56,344 nucleotides of DNA, taken from the IMG/VR virus record IMGVR_UViG_3300045996_002189, positions 1-56,344 of that record; one strand, given 5' to 3'. This document shows, one piece after another, positions 19,588 to 29,035 of this stretch (position 1 is its first letter; each line of letters begins with the position of its first letter). Below the pieces are notes generated by a model. The model was not told the DNA's origin. It saw only the letters and a list, made by a program, of their open reading frames with translations, and did not search any database. A program made the translations under genes and the position numbers. Source of the DNA: a virus (Duplodnaviria > Caudoviricetes).

Positions 19588-20735
19588 TGCCGATTCTCAC
19601 CTACAAGTACCGTCTCTTTCCGAACCAAACCCAAGCCTCGGGTTTGACGGACATGCTCGGAAGTTTCTGTGATCTTTACAACGCCTGCCTTCAGCAGCGA
19701 ATCGAAGCCTATCAGCGACAAGGAAAGACGCTGAATTTCTACGATCAGGCCAACGAATTGAAAGCGGTTCGGGTAGTTGATGATCGGTTGGCCAGTTACA
19801 GTTTCAGTGCTGAACAGCAGGTTGTTCGCCGTCTCGACAAGGCGTTCAAGGCGTTCTTCGGCAGGGTCAGGCGAGGCAAGGGCGGCTTCCCCCGCTTCCG
19901 GGCGAAAAGCATGTTCGACAGTGCAGACTTCCGGGTTGGCGATGGGCTGACGATCCGCAAGAGCAAGAAACTCGGCATCGTCGGTATCCCCGGAGAAATC
20001 AAGGTGCGGTGGCACCGTGAGTTTCCTGTCGGGGCGAAGGTCGGAACCGCCGTGCTCTCCAGGTCGTGCGGCAAGTGGTATATCTGCTTCTCTATCGAAA
20101 CCCCCGACGCTTACGGACCCTACCCGCTCCGGGCTGTGGTCGGCATTGATATTGGGCTGACCAGCCTGATCGCAACCTCGGCCGGCGACACCGTTCCGAC
20201 TCCGAAATGGGTTGGTCAGGCATCCAAGAAACAGCGTCGTCTTCAGCGTGCCCTTGCCCGATGCAAGCGGGCGAGCAAAGGCAGGCTCAAGGCGAAGCGA
20301 AACCTTGCCCGACACAGTGCCCACGTTGCCAATCAGCGGCGGGACTTTTCGCGCAAACTGTCGCGGGCGTTGGTCGATCAGTATTCTCACATTGCCTTCG
20401 AGGACCTTAACATTACCGGACTGGCTCGTGGCATGCTCGCCAAGTCCGTTCTCAATGCCGCGTGGGCTCAGTTGATCTCGTTCACCGACTACAAAGCCGC
20501 GAATGCTGGCGGTCTGGTCGCGAAGGTCAATCCGCGCGGGACTTCCCAGGAATGCGACTGCTGCGGACTGGTGACGCCGAAAACGCTGGCCGACCGCATC
20601 CACGACTGCCCAGGTTGCGGGACAGTCGAGGATCGGGACGTTCACGCGGCAAAGGTCATCAAGCATCGGGCTTTTCCCTGGACAAAGAGGCTAGGAGCGA
20701 GCCTTGGAGCGTCAAGCCAGCCGGTTGCGGCATAG
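19587..20735 (+). CDS. tnpB: TnpB RNA-guided endonuclease (IS200/IS605 family), RuvC triad intact
   Basis: TYKYRLFP, LYN, GFPRF, GIDIG (D), FEDL (E), TSQEC.CC...CPGC Zn finger, DRDVHAA (D). Confidence 0.95.
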   Translation: MPILTYKYRLFPNQTQASGLTDMLGSFCDLYNACLQQRIEAYQRQGKTLNFYDQANELKAVRVVDDRLASYSFSAEQQVVRRLDKAFKAFFGRVRRGKGGFPRFRAKSMFDSADFRVGDGLTIRKSKKLGIVGIPGEIKVRWHREFPVGAKVGTAVLSRSCGKWYICFSIETPDAYGPYPLRAVVGIDIGLTSLIATSAGDTVPTPKWVGQASKKQRRLQRALARCKRASKGRLKAKRNLARHSAHVANQRRDFSRKLSRALVDQYSHIAFEDLNITGLARGMLAKSVLNAAWAQLISFTDYKAANAGGLVAKVNPRGTSQECDCCGLVTPKTLADRIHDCPGCGTVEDRDVHAAKVIKHRAFPWTKRLGASLGASSQPVAA

Positions 20736-20798
20736 CTTGCTTCAGAAGCCGTCGGCCTTTAGGCGGCGGATTGTTCACTGCCTGTTATCCCATCCCGG
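20600..20798 (+). ncRNA. Putative omegaRNA/right end of TnpB element 1; guide ~20779-20798
   Basis: GAAGCCGTCGGCCTTTAGGCGGCGGATTGTTCAC (to 20778) resembles the IS605-type right-end hairpin plus TTCAC; 5' boundary is approximate. Confidence 0.55.
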
Positions 20799-23700
20799 AC
20801 TGATTTCTCAATCCCCCCGGTCGAAATGCGCGCTGAATGCGTTCATCGACCATGCCTTGCAGTTCTCGAACGATGCCCTTGCCAAACGCCTGACCCTGCT
20901 GTTCCGTGGCGCCGGGAGGCTGCTGAACATTGATGGTGGGTGAAACCACGACGGTCTGGTTGCCACCGGCCGGACCGAGGGATGCCATCTGCTGGGGGGT
21001 GAAGACGCCCTCGTCCTTCTTAAGAATCGCTGCCATTTCTCCACCACCGAGTCCGGGAAGTTTGCTCTGCATGTTGCCGTTTGCTGGCAATTTTCCGGAG
21101 TGAAACCTCGGAGCGCCGACAAAAGTTGAATGAGGGACGGCTCGACTAGGGGCGTTGTCCCGCCCAACGATACCGCCGGTATGATAGATGCCGCCACCCG
21201 TGAGAGCCATAGGCGCACCCGTGGCGGCTCCCATCGCTGGCCCCATGAACATGGAACTGAGGCCCATCGCCAAGGGGATAGTGATAGCCTGCCTGACTGC
21301 CATGCGAGCCAAGTCCGCCGCAATGGCCTTGGCCATATCAGCGAATGCTTCCTTGACGCTTTTTGTCCCGGTTATGATGTCAACGAGGGCATCTTCGAGC
21401 GAACCGAGACCATCATAGCTGATCTGGCGCATGGACTCATTGAAAGTCATGCCGGAGTTGGCAAGGTCGTCCAGCGCGTCGTTCTGTCGTTCCAGGCGGT
21501 TGGTCAGGACGGCAGACTCACCCGCTTGCCGGATCAGAGCTTCGGTATGCTTGTCGGCCATGTCGGCACCGCGAGACTGAAGCTCGGCGGTCTTCTCAAT
21601 CTCCGCCATTTCCCGGATGCGAGCCTCGCCAAGCAGCGACATGGCGGCACTTTTCTGGTTAATGGTGTCGATCTCGCGGTCGCCCGATTTCAGGTCGCGC
21701 CTGACGCCGCTACCCATCTCAGCCACGGCTGCATCTCCGGCAGCCTTGATCCGCGCCTGCGCTGATCTGGTATTCAGGTCAGCGTTCTCCTGAATGAGGC
21801 GGTTTTCTTCCTCCAGTTCGGCCATGCGGCGAGTCCGGGAAATGCCTTCCAGATCGAGCGCCGCCACCATCTTGCCAATGGCAACCACTTCAGCCTCATA
21901 GGAGTCTTCCGCCGTGACGTTGGCTTTGTCCTGTTTGGCCTGTCCTTGCTCCATATACTTCTTGGTCAAAGCCTCGACAGCACCTGTGACGTTAAGAATA
22001 CCGCGCGCAGTCGCCTCCGCCCGTGCCTGTTCCTCAGCCTCCTGCTTGCGAAGCGCCTCTCCGCTCGCCATCCTCGCTTCCGTCAGTCGCTGAGTCTTCT
22101 GGGTTTCCTCATCGATCTGCGCCGCGCTACCCTTGAACGCAGTATTGTCCTGCGCATCGGCAAGCGCTCGAATGCGCGCCTCAAGTTCGGCAACCTGCTT
22201 CGGGTTGAACTCAAACTTCAGTTTCTGGACCTTGCGCAGGATCTCCAACTCACGGCGTTGCTTCTCGACCGCTTCGGTGCCCTGTCCATAAGCGGCGGTG
22301 ATGGCCTGCTCTGCCTGAATTTGCTGATCCAGTTCGGCTTTCTGCTCCTGGAAGTAACTGTCCGTGGAGCGACCGCCGCCACCACCACCCTTGCCTTTTC
22401 CTCCGCCTGTCTCCAAGCCCATAAGTGGCTTGTTGTTGACTGCGGGCTTCGGCTTCTGCCGACTGGCGATGGCGGCATCATCTTCCAAATGCGCCAGTTT
22501 CTGACGTAATTCCTCGACCTTGCCAGCGACTTCGTTAGCTGCTTCGCCGACGACATTGAACTCCTTGGCAACCTCATTCCCATTGAACTCAGGCTTATCA
22601 AGGTTGAGGGTCATCGTAATCGCTTCGTCCTTCCACTCCTTCGGCTTTTCCGGAGCGAGGATGTCGATCATCTCCTTGCGCTGACCCTGCATGGTGTCGA
22701 GCTTGGCCTGCTCAGCGGCAAGTGCCGTCTTGGTCATCTCAATGGCGAGGTCGCGCTGCGCCTCCGCCATGTCATCGGTGATCGCCTTGCCGCCCTTCAG
22801 TTTCTCGTAGTAGGAGTCGATGGCGTTTTCGGCACCCTGGACTTCCTTGGAAACGTCCTTGGTCTCATCACCGAAATACTCGGCCGCGAGACCGGCGACG
22901 CCGATCGCAGTTCCAGCCATTCCGATAAGTCCGGCGACCCTGCCCATCGGCGTCGCCCACATCGCCGCCGTGAGGATCTTGAATGCGCCAGCCAACTTGA
23001 TAACGGCAGAAGCCATGCCGATAAACCAGCCGAGTGCCTGGACGGCGACAATCGCGATCAGGGCGTTCTTCACCTTGTCAGCGTTATCGGCCAGCCAAAG
23101 CATCGCGTCGGCGGTGGCCCGGACAGCCCGACCCAGCGCCTCACCGATCTCCTGAGCCAGAACGCGACCCTCGATGCTATTCATCTTGGCTGCCAGTCGT
23201 TCGGCGGCGTCTGCCCAAGCATCAAGGAATCCGCTGTCCGCCATCAGCCTCTTGAAATCGTCCCAGGCGTTGGTCAGTCGGTTGACCGAGGCGCGGGCGG
23301 AATCCATCCGGTCAACGGGGAATTTGAGTTGCAGTTCCTGATTGAAGGAAGCGAAGAATTTCTCTGCGGAGATGGTTCCTTTTTCCATCTCCTTGAACAT
23401 GCGCTCCACGGTCATGCCCATAGCCGTGGCGGCGGTGTTGATGGCACCCGGCAACTGGTCGCCCAACTGGCCTTTTAGTTCTTCTGCATAAACCTGCCCC
23501 TTACTGGCGATCTGCTCAATGGCCTTTAAGGCGCGGCTTGTCTGCTCCTCGCTTTTGCCAAGGACCGACATCGCCTGAGACACACCGAAGAAGGCGTCTT
23601 TCGCGAGATTGGCATCAACGGAACTCCCCTTGATGGCAGCCAGGAACTTGATATAGTCGTCGGCGGCAGAGAGCGTGACGACGCCGAGACGATCCGTCTC

Positions 23701-25584
23701 TTCCCGCAGCCGCGCCATCTCCTGCTTGGCAACGGCGGAATCGCCGGTCACGATGTTCATCGCCTTGGTCAGGCTCTCGAACTTCATGCCGGTTTCAGCA
23801 AGTCCCTTGAGCGCAACACCGGCTCCGAGCGCGACCAACGCCGTGCGCAGTCCCATGGCGCGATCTGTGGCGCTGGAAATGCTGTCGTGGATCTTCTCGA
23901 ACGCCTTGCCGATAGTGGCGGCTGATCGGGTTGCCGCAGTTGCCGCAGATTGGGTCTGCCGCGCTATGCCCTGCGCTGCATTGCCTGCACCACCAGCGCC
24001 ACCGCCTACTCCACCAACACCTCCGGCAGTCGGCGGCACGGCGCCCCGTCCACCACCACCACCACCAGCACCGGCACCTCCAGGGCGCGGTGCTGCCGCC
24101 TGTGTCGCGGCAGCCGCTCGCTGTGCCGCTTGAGCGAATGCCGTGGCGGCTGCGCCTGCCGACTGCATAGCCGCTGTCGTGCCTTGGCTGGCAGCAGCGA
24201 CAGCCGCAGTGGATTGAGCCAAAGCGGTGTTGAATGCCTGGAGTGCTGGTATTCCAGCCCCGACTGCGCCACCAGCGGCTCCACCAGTTCCGGCATTCCC
24301 TATCGAGCCAGGAGCACCAACCGACGCCGACCCGCTCCCGACTGCGGGCTTGGCTGACCGCATGGAATTGGCGGCGCGAACTACAGCATCGGCTGCCTGT
24401 GTCGTTGCCTTCCCGAGGATATCGACAGCACGAGCCGCCGATGCGACCGCTCGCTCGAATGCCTGTGTGGCGGCATTTCCGGCGTTGCTCGCGTTACCTG
24501 AAGCAGCAACCGGAGACGAAGAGGGTGGTACGGATGGCGCAATGGTGACGGGGGCTGGCGTCGGTGTTGCCGCAGGCTGCGGAGCGGCAGTCGTCCGGCT
24601 TACCGTCGGAGTCCGGACCGACCGGAGAGCCGCCGCAGCACGCATTGCCGCATCAGCCGCCTGTGACGCGGCACGGGCATACACTTCGGCTGACCGCGAT
24701 GCCCCTGTAAGCGCCTGCGCAAGCCGCTGGGAAGCCCGCATGCTTTCAGTGTCGGCGGCAGCGGGGCGCGGCGACGCCACAGGTGCCGCCGGGGTCGAAA
24801 CGGAGGCAGGACGCGGTTCTACCGGCAATGGGCGCGATACCGGTGCCGACTGCGGAGTTTCCGGGGCTGATGGTGCCGCTTGGGGAACCCGGATCGAGCG
24901 GAACACCGCCTCGGCTCGCATCGCGGCATCCGCCGCAACGGATACGGCGCGAGCAAACCCATCGACAAGCCGGGATGCTCCGGTAAGAGCAGCACCCAAC
25001 CGCTGAGATGCCTGGACACTCTCACCTCCCACATCCCGGACAGAAGCAGGTGCCGGGGTAGGAGCAGGAGCACGCGGAGCGGCAACCGATGGAGATGGAG
25101 CCGAGGGCGCAGGTATGACAGGCGCAGGAGGAGGCTGGACAGGACGACTTGCCGAGACTGCTGGCGCTGGGGACGGCGCCGGAGCGGTTGTAGCAACAGG
25201 CGTTGCCCGGATCGACCGCATTGCCGTCGCCGCACTGGCAGCCGCATCGGCAGCCCGCGCTGCGGCACGAGCAAACGCTTGGGATGAACGGGTTGCTTCG
25301 GTAAGCGCCTGACCAAGACGCTGTGCCGCGCGAAGGCTCTCAGCATCCCCCGTGTTTCTGGCAGGAGATGCCGGAGCCGCGCCCGACCCGCCACCCGTCG
25401 CAGGACGCGCCGCTCCTCCAGCCGGGACCGATGCGCCGCGGAACTTCTCCAGTTGTCGCAGAGCCGCCAGCGCCTTGTCGGCACTGTCCGCAATCCGGTT
25501 GAGGGATTCCTCAATCCGCCTCGCCCCGGAAACCGAATTGCCGGGATCAATGCCGATTTCCAAATGCGCTTCCTGTTCAGCCAT
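20785..25584 (-). CDS. Tape measure protein
   Basis: 1599 aa, Ala-rich; tape-measure core QIASKGQVYAEELKGQLG..LPGA; C-terminal YHTGGIVG..PRFHSG..GEMAAIL..EGV; follows the chaperone genes. Confidence 0.95.
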   Translation of the reverse strand: MAEQEAHLEIGIDPGNSVSGARRIEESLNRIADSADKALAALRQLEKFRGASVPAGGAARPATGGGSGAAPASPARNTGDAESLRAAQRLGQALTEATRSSQAFARAAARAADAAASAATAMRSIRATPVATTAPAPSPAPAVSASRPVQPPPAPVIPAPSAPSPSVAAPRAPAPTPAPASVRDVGGESVQASQRLGAALTGASRLVDGFARAVSVAADAAMRAEAVFRSIRVPQAAPSAPETPQSAPVSRPLPVEPRPASVSTPAAPVASPRPAAADTESMRASQRLAQALTGASRSAEVYARAASQAADAAMRAAAALRSVRTPTVSRTTAAPQPAATPTPAPVTIAPSVPPSSSPVAASGNASNAGNAATQAFERAVASAARAVDILGKATTQAADAVVRAANSMRSAKPAVGSGSASVGAPGSIGNAGTGGAAGGAVGAGIPALQAFNTALAQSTAAVAAASQGTTAAMQSAGAAATAFAQAAQRAAAATQAAAPRPGGAGAGGGGGGRGAVPPTAGGVGGVGGGAGGAGNAAQGIARQTQSAATAATRSAATIGKAFEKIHDSISSATDRAMGLRTALVALGAGVALKGLAETGMKFESLTKAMNIVTGDSAVAKQEMARLREETDRLGVVTLSAADDYIKFLAAIKGSSVDANLAKDAFFGVSQAMSVLGKSEEQTSRALKAIEQIASKGQVYAEELKGQLGDQLPGAINTAATAMGMTVERMFKEMEKGTISAEKFFASFNQELQLKFPVDRMDSARASVNRLTNAWDDFKRLMADSGFLDAWADAAERLAAKMNSIEGRVLAQEIGEALGRAVRATADAMLWLADNADKVKNALIAIVAVQALGWFIGMASAVIKLAGAFKILTAAMWATPMGRVAGLIGMAGTAIGVAGLAAEYFGDETKDVSKEVQGAENAIDSYYEKLKGGKAITDDMAEAQRDLAIEMTKTALAAEQAKLDTMQGQRKEMIDILAPEKPKEWKDEAITMTLNLDKPEFNGNEVAKEFNVVGEAANEVAGKVEELRQKLAHLEDDAAIASRQKPKPAVNNKPLMGLETGGGKGKGGGGGGRSTDSYFQEQKAELDQQIQAEQAITAAYGQGTEAVEKQRRELEILRKVQKLKFEFNPKQVAELEARIRALADAQDNTAFKGSAAQIDEETQKTQRLTEARMASGEALRKQEAEEQARAEATARGILNVTGAVEALTKKYMEQGQAKQDKANVTAEDSYEAEVVAIGKMVAALDLEGISRTRRMAELEEENRLIQENADLNTRSAQARIKAAGDAAVAEMGSGVRRDLKSGDREIDTINQKSAAMSLLGEARIREMAEIEKTAELQSRGADMADKHTEALIRQAGESAVLTNRLERQNDALDDLANSGMTFNESMRQISYDGLGSLEDALVDIITGTKSVKEAFADMAKAIAADLARMAVRQAITIPLAMGLSSMFMGPAMGAATGAPMALTGGGIYHTGGIVGRDNAPSRAVPHSTFVGAPRFHSGKLPANGNMQSKLPGLGGGEMAAILKKDEGVFTPQQMASLGPAGGNQTVVVSPTINVQQPPGATEQQGQAFGKGIVRELQGMVDERIQRAFRPGGLRNQSGMG

Positions 25585-26018
25585 CAGATGGGGTCCTCAA
25601 CAACAGGAGCGGCGGGGGTGACGGAGTCGGCGGCAGATGGTTCAACAGACACCGAACCGACAGGAGGATCTTTGGGTGGCGGAGGTGCCGCAGGCAACTG
25701 AAGCAGCGCGTTCATCAGGTCGCGCCCAACACTCGGCTTCGGCTTGTTCTCAGCCTCGGCCTCCGGAGAATGCTGCAGGATCTTCGGCATCAGTTCGTTC
25801 AGGTGGGGGAACTTGTCCACCCGGCCGAGATATGCCGTGTGCCATGCGTGCCAGAGATCGCGGGCACGGTCGTCAACAAGGTTCTCGTTGCGCGCCTCAA
25901 GGCACAGACGCAACTCGAACGGGGTCATGCGCCAGAATTGCTCCGGCAGAATTCCGATTTTGAAGGCGGTCTTGAGAGCACGCTTTATGCTCGCTTCGCC
26001 GCCTTCTTCTGAGGGTTT
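25584..26018 (-). CDS. Tail assembly chaperone, gpT-like portion (expressed by -1 frameshift)
   Basis: The -1 frame from the slippery site reads SEEGGEASIKRALKTAFKIGILPEQFWRMTPFEL and continues in frame into ORF 25584..25928. Confidence 0.8.
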   Translation of the reverse strand, partial: KPSEEGGEASIKRALKTAFKIGILPEQFWRMTPFELRLCLEARNENLVDDRARDLWHAWHTAYLGRVDKFPHLNELMPKILQHSPEAEAENKPKPSVGRDLMNALLQLPAAPPPPKDPPVGSVSVEPSAADSVTPAAPVVEDPI

Positions 26019-26326
26019 TCGGATTCCTCACCAGAAGCCTCCGGCGCCTTCTGCGTGCCGAAGTAAGCGCAGTTGATGGCCGCGCCGACCGCTTCCATCG
26101 AGGCGATGATCGGCGGCGACATCCTCATGATGTCGGCAGGCGTCATGTCCGGCAGTTCATGCTTCAACCCGACCATCATGATGTCGGCGAGTTGCTTCGG
26201 GTCCATCAAGTTGTAGCCGTCGGGGTAGCGTTGGGACAGTTCCGCAATGGCGTCCCAGTCATAGCGCAGGGTTTGCGTCTTACCGCCAAGTTCGACTTGG
26301 ACGGTTCCAGCGATGTTGTTGGCCAT
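25985..26326 (-). CDS. Tail assembly chaperone (gpG-like)
   Basis: Start MANNIAGTVQVELGGKTQTLRYDWDAIAEL at 26326; ends ENPQKK; lies just before the tape measure gene. Confidence 0.85.
   Translation of the reverse strand: MANNIAGTVQVELGGKTQTLRYDWDAIAELSQRYPDGYNLMDPKQLADIMMVGLKHELPDMTPADIMRMSPPIIASMEAVGAAINCAYFGTQKAPEASGEESENPQKKAAKRA
26012..26018 (-). other. Programmed -1 frameshift slippery heptamer A AAC CCT
   Basis: GAA AAC CCT near the end of the chaperone gene fits X XXY YYZ and joins it to the downstream frame. Confidence 0.75.
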
Positions 26327-26415
26327 GAAATCCGAGGGTGAGAATGGAGTGGAAGGGAGAAGGTGAGGGGAAGGAGAAACGCGGGAACCAGAGAGACCGG
26401 AGAACCCGGAGGGAG

Positions 26416-26676
26416 CTACGGCAACATCATCCGTCGCCGCAGAGCCGCGCGAAGCTGGCCGTGGAGATAGCCGCGCTCGCGCTTCGATAACGCCACCCAT
26501 CTCTGGGCGAGTGGCGAAACTTGGGGAAACTTGGCTGAGCACACCACCAGCGCCTCGTCCACAGCCTCCCAAAGCTCGGGATAGTCCAACTCCATCAGCC
26601 AGCGCCGTGCTGATTTCGGGGGACTGTAGATCCCGGCTTCCAGCACACGTCGGGGAGTGGACCGATCACAGGCCAT
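26416..26676 (-). CDS. Hypothetical protein
   Basis: 86 aa from MACDR, overlapping the upstream stop; no recognisable motif. Confidence 0.4.
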   Translation of the reverse strand: MACDRSTPRRVLEAGIYSPPKSARRWLMELDYPELWEAVDEALVVCSAKFPQVSPLAQRWVALSKRERGYLHGQLRAALRRRMMLP

Positions 26677-27064
26677 AGGCGTAGAGCTTCCACGCGGGCA
26701 TAATGAAGATGTACTCATGCTCAACGCCGCTGAACAACTCGGGTGGGTCGCGGTCGCACAGCACGTAGAGCATATCGCCGCGAGGGTCGGTCGGGTGGCC
26801 GGACGGCTCAACATCGGTGATGATCGCCCCCCGCGCCAGATACGTCACCCGCTGCCCGACGACATACGGGGCAATCGGCTCGGCTGCCTCCATCTGGAAG
26901 TCGTGCGCCAACGCCATCGTGCGCTGACCGTCATCGCCGCGCTGGTCCATCAGCACCCGGTACGAGACGTTGTAGGGACCGCCGTAGAGGTCGTGGACCG
27001 TGCCCAGGCCACGCGGGTCACCTAGCGTTACTCGAACCCGCTGGCCTTGGGCAAAGGCAGCCAT
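26666..27064 (-). CDS. Hypothetical protein, two SH3/KOW-like repeats
   Basis: FAQGQRVRV...G.V and YVVGQRVTY...GAII repeats. Confidence 0.6.
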   Translation of the reverse strand: MAAFAQGQRVRVTLGDPRGLGTVHDLYGGPYNVSYRVLMDQRGDDGQRTMALAHDFQMEAAEPIAPYVVGQRVTYLARGAIITDVEPSGHPTDPRGDMLYVLCDRDPPELFSGVEHEYIFIMPAWKLYAYGL

Positions 27065-27067
27065 GCG

Positions 27068-27190
27068 TCAGTTCACCACAGCGAGAGCGACGACCAGAAC
27101 GACGGCGAGAGCGATCAGGCAGAAAAACGCTTTGCGGGTCAAGCGACGCAGTTCTTCATCAGGGGACATTGGCGATATCCGGTCATGCAT
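27068..27190 (-). CDS. Small single-TM protein
   Basis: 40 aa MHDRISPM...AFFCLIALAVVLVVALAVVN fills the gap between neighbours. Confidence 0.4.
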   Translation of the reverse strand: MHDRISPMSPDEELRRLTRKAFFCLIALAVVLVVALAVVN

Positions 27191-27194
27191 CTCA

Positions 27195-28985
27195 TCAAAA
27201 ATCCCAGAAGTTCGGCATGGCATGAGTCGAGGCTGTCGTGGTGCCGTATCCGACAGTGCCCATGTGTGACCAGTCAAGATCCTGGATGCCAAGAGCCTTG
27301 GCCGGAGAATCGGCGGCGAGAGAATAGTCGCCGGCAGCCGGGTTCTTGAACTTCGGGTCCGCGACAATCGAGTGGGCATCCAGCCCCGGCATCCGCGCCG
27401 CATTGTGCAGCAGGTTGTAGTCAACCGTATTGATGCCGGTGTTGTTCATCCTGTACGGCTGATCGACCGTTGATGTGCCGTAGGCGATATTCTTCTCGAT
27501 CACGTTGCCGGTAGCCTGAGAGCCGGCAGCGATGTTGCCGTTGTTGCTGACGGTGGCGACCTTCTCACCAGATCCCAGGATGAAGAAATTATTCTGGATC
27601 TTGTTGTTGTCGCCGCCATGAACCATCACGTCGGTCCAGGTCGTGCCCTTGACGAAGTTGCCGCGGATCGTCGTGGCATTGGTCAGGTCGTCAAGATAGA
27701 TGCCGGCGGCGCCGATGCCGTTCTCCTTGATGAAGCCGCCAGTGTCGTTGATGTAATTCCCCTCGGCACGGTGACCGTGAGCAAGGTTGCTGCGGCCCAG
27801 GAACTCAATGGCTCCGGTGTCGCCGCCGGAGCGGTTGGTGTGCTCAAGTTTGTTGTGCAGGACTGCATTGTTCAGTCCTGGCTCCGAACCACTGAAGTCC
27901 TTGAACGAGACACCGTAGCGCGCTGTATAGGAGATGTCGTTGAACGCTGCCGTGTTGTTGCTCGACCCATGGGCCGCGATCCCGCCCGCACTCGGATTGG
28001 CTTCCCCGATGTGCTGCATCTTGTTGAAGTAGACCTTGTTGCCGTCGCTGCGGGTTGCCATCTCGACGCCGCCGCCGCCGATGTGGGTCATCTCATTGCG
28101 GGCAATCAGGTTGCTGTCGCTGTCATGCAGCTTGACCGCCGTGCCCACGTTGGTGAACTTGTTGTCCCCGATCCGGTTGCCGTTGGCACCATTCAGTTCG
28201 ATGGCGAAGCCGCCCTTCAGCCCGTTCGTGAAGGTCAGGTCGGTGACAGTGACGTTCCTGGCCCCGGCAAGCTGCATCATCATGTGCATCTGGTTGCCGT
28301 TGAGGATCGGTTCCTCATCGCCGTATGCCTTGATCTTCAGCCCGCTGTCGGCCCCGGTCAGGGTCACCTTGCTCGTCTGATTATAGGTGCCGCCGCGCAT
28401 GACGACGGTATCAATGGTGGCATCGTCGCGTGCCAGTTGGGCTGCCTTGCCGAGCGACGCCACCGGGCCGTCTGTCCCCGCTGCGTTCGGTGCGGCCAAC
28501 TTGCCGGACCACGTATCTTTGCCATTCGGTGCGGTATAGTATGCTTTCACTGTCGTATCAGGCACAGGTGTCGGGGTGGGAGTCGGTGTCGGAACCGGAA
28601 ACAAACTGGCGGGAGCACTGAACTTCAGCGCCCCGTTCCACGGCATCTCGGATCGGCCAGCAATCACATCGACGTTATCCAGCGCGAACCTGTCGTAAGT
28701 CACGCCAGCATCCGTCGGCCGCATCGTCTTGTCGCCAACCTTGACCGACGAGACAGTCAGATTGCGGTCCTGACCAGCAATGACGGCGTCGTTGTCGTAG
28801 TGGACCTGCACCTTGTGTCCGACGCCAGCAGTCACGCTGGGGCTGAACGAATACGTCTTGGCAGTAGATCCGGCCGTCCCTTCCCCCACCTTCACGCCAT
28901 CCACGAGGACGCGAAAATGCGGAAACACGCCGCCCGCCGCTGTCCCCGATGCGGTGACAGCGATCTTCGCCGGAACCAATGCCAT
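27195..28985 (-). CDS. Carbohydrate-binding module (CBM60-like) + PT linker + right-handed beta-helix protein
   Basis: ASGT.AGG..PHF.V.VDG.KVG...V.YDND....GQDRNL.V module; PTPTPTP linker; YYTAPNG.D.WSG...DGP.ASL; Asn-rich beta-helix with DTGAI and GIYLDD; ADPKF.NPAAGDY.L..DSPA. Confidence 0.85.
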   Translation of the reverse strand: MALVPAKIAVTASGTAAGGVFPHFRVLVDGVKVGEGTAGSTAKTYSFSPSVTAGVGHKVQVHYDNDAVIAGQDRNLTVSSVKVGDKTMRPTDAGVTYDRFALDNVDVIAGRSEMPWNGALKFSAPASLFPVPTPTPTPTPVPDTTVKAYYTAPNGKDTWSGKLAAPNAAGTDGPVASLGKAAQLARDDATIDTVVMRGGTYNQTSKVTLTGADSGLKIKAYGDEEPILNGNQMHMMMQLAGARNVTVTDLTFTNGLKGGFAIELNGANGNRIGDNKFTNVGTAVKLHDSDSNLIARNEMTHIGGGGVEMATRSDGNKVYFNKMQHIGEANPSAGGIAAHGSSNNTAAFNDISYTARYGVSFKDFSGSEPGLNNAVLHNKLEHTNRSGGDTGAIEFLGRSNLAHGHRAEGNYINDTGGFIKENGIGAAGIYLDDLTNATTIRGNFVKGTTWTDVMVHGGDNNKIQNNFFILGSGEKVATVSNNGNIAAGSQATGNVIEKNIAYGTSTVDQPYRMNNTGINTVDYNLLHNAARMPGLDAHSIVADPKFKNPAAGDYSLAADSPAKALGIQDLDWSHMGTVGYGTTTASTHAMPNFWDF

Positions 28986-29035
28986 GGCTACCTACTTGAT
29001 TTTGTGGTCACGCGGCGGGACGGTCCGCGTCTGTG

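Noticed and set aside
19317-20666. 449-aa minus-strand ORF over TnpB1
   Set aside because: Antisense shadow of tnpB with no recognisable domain.
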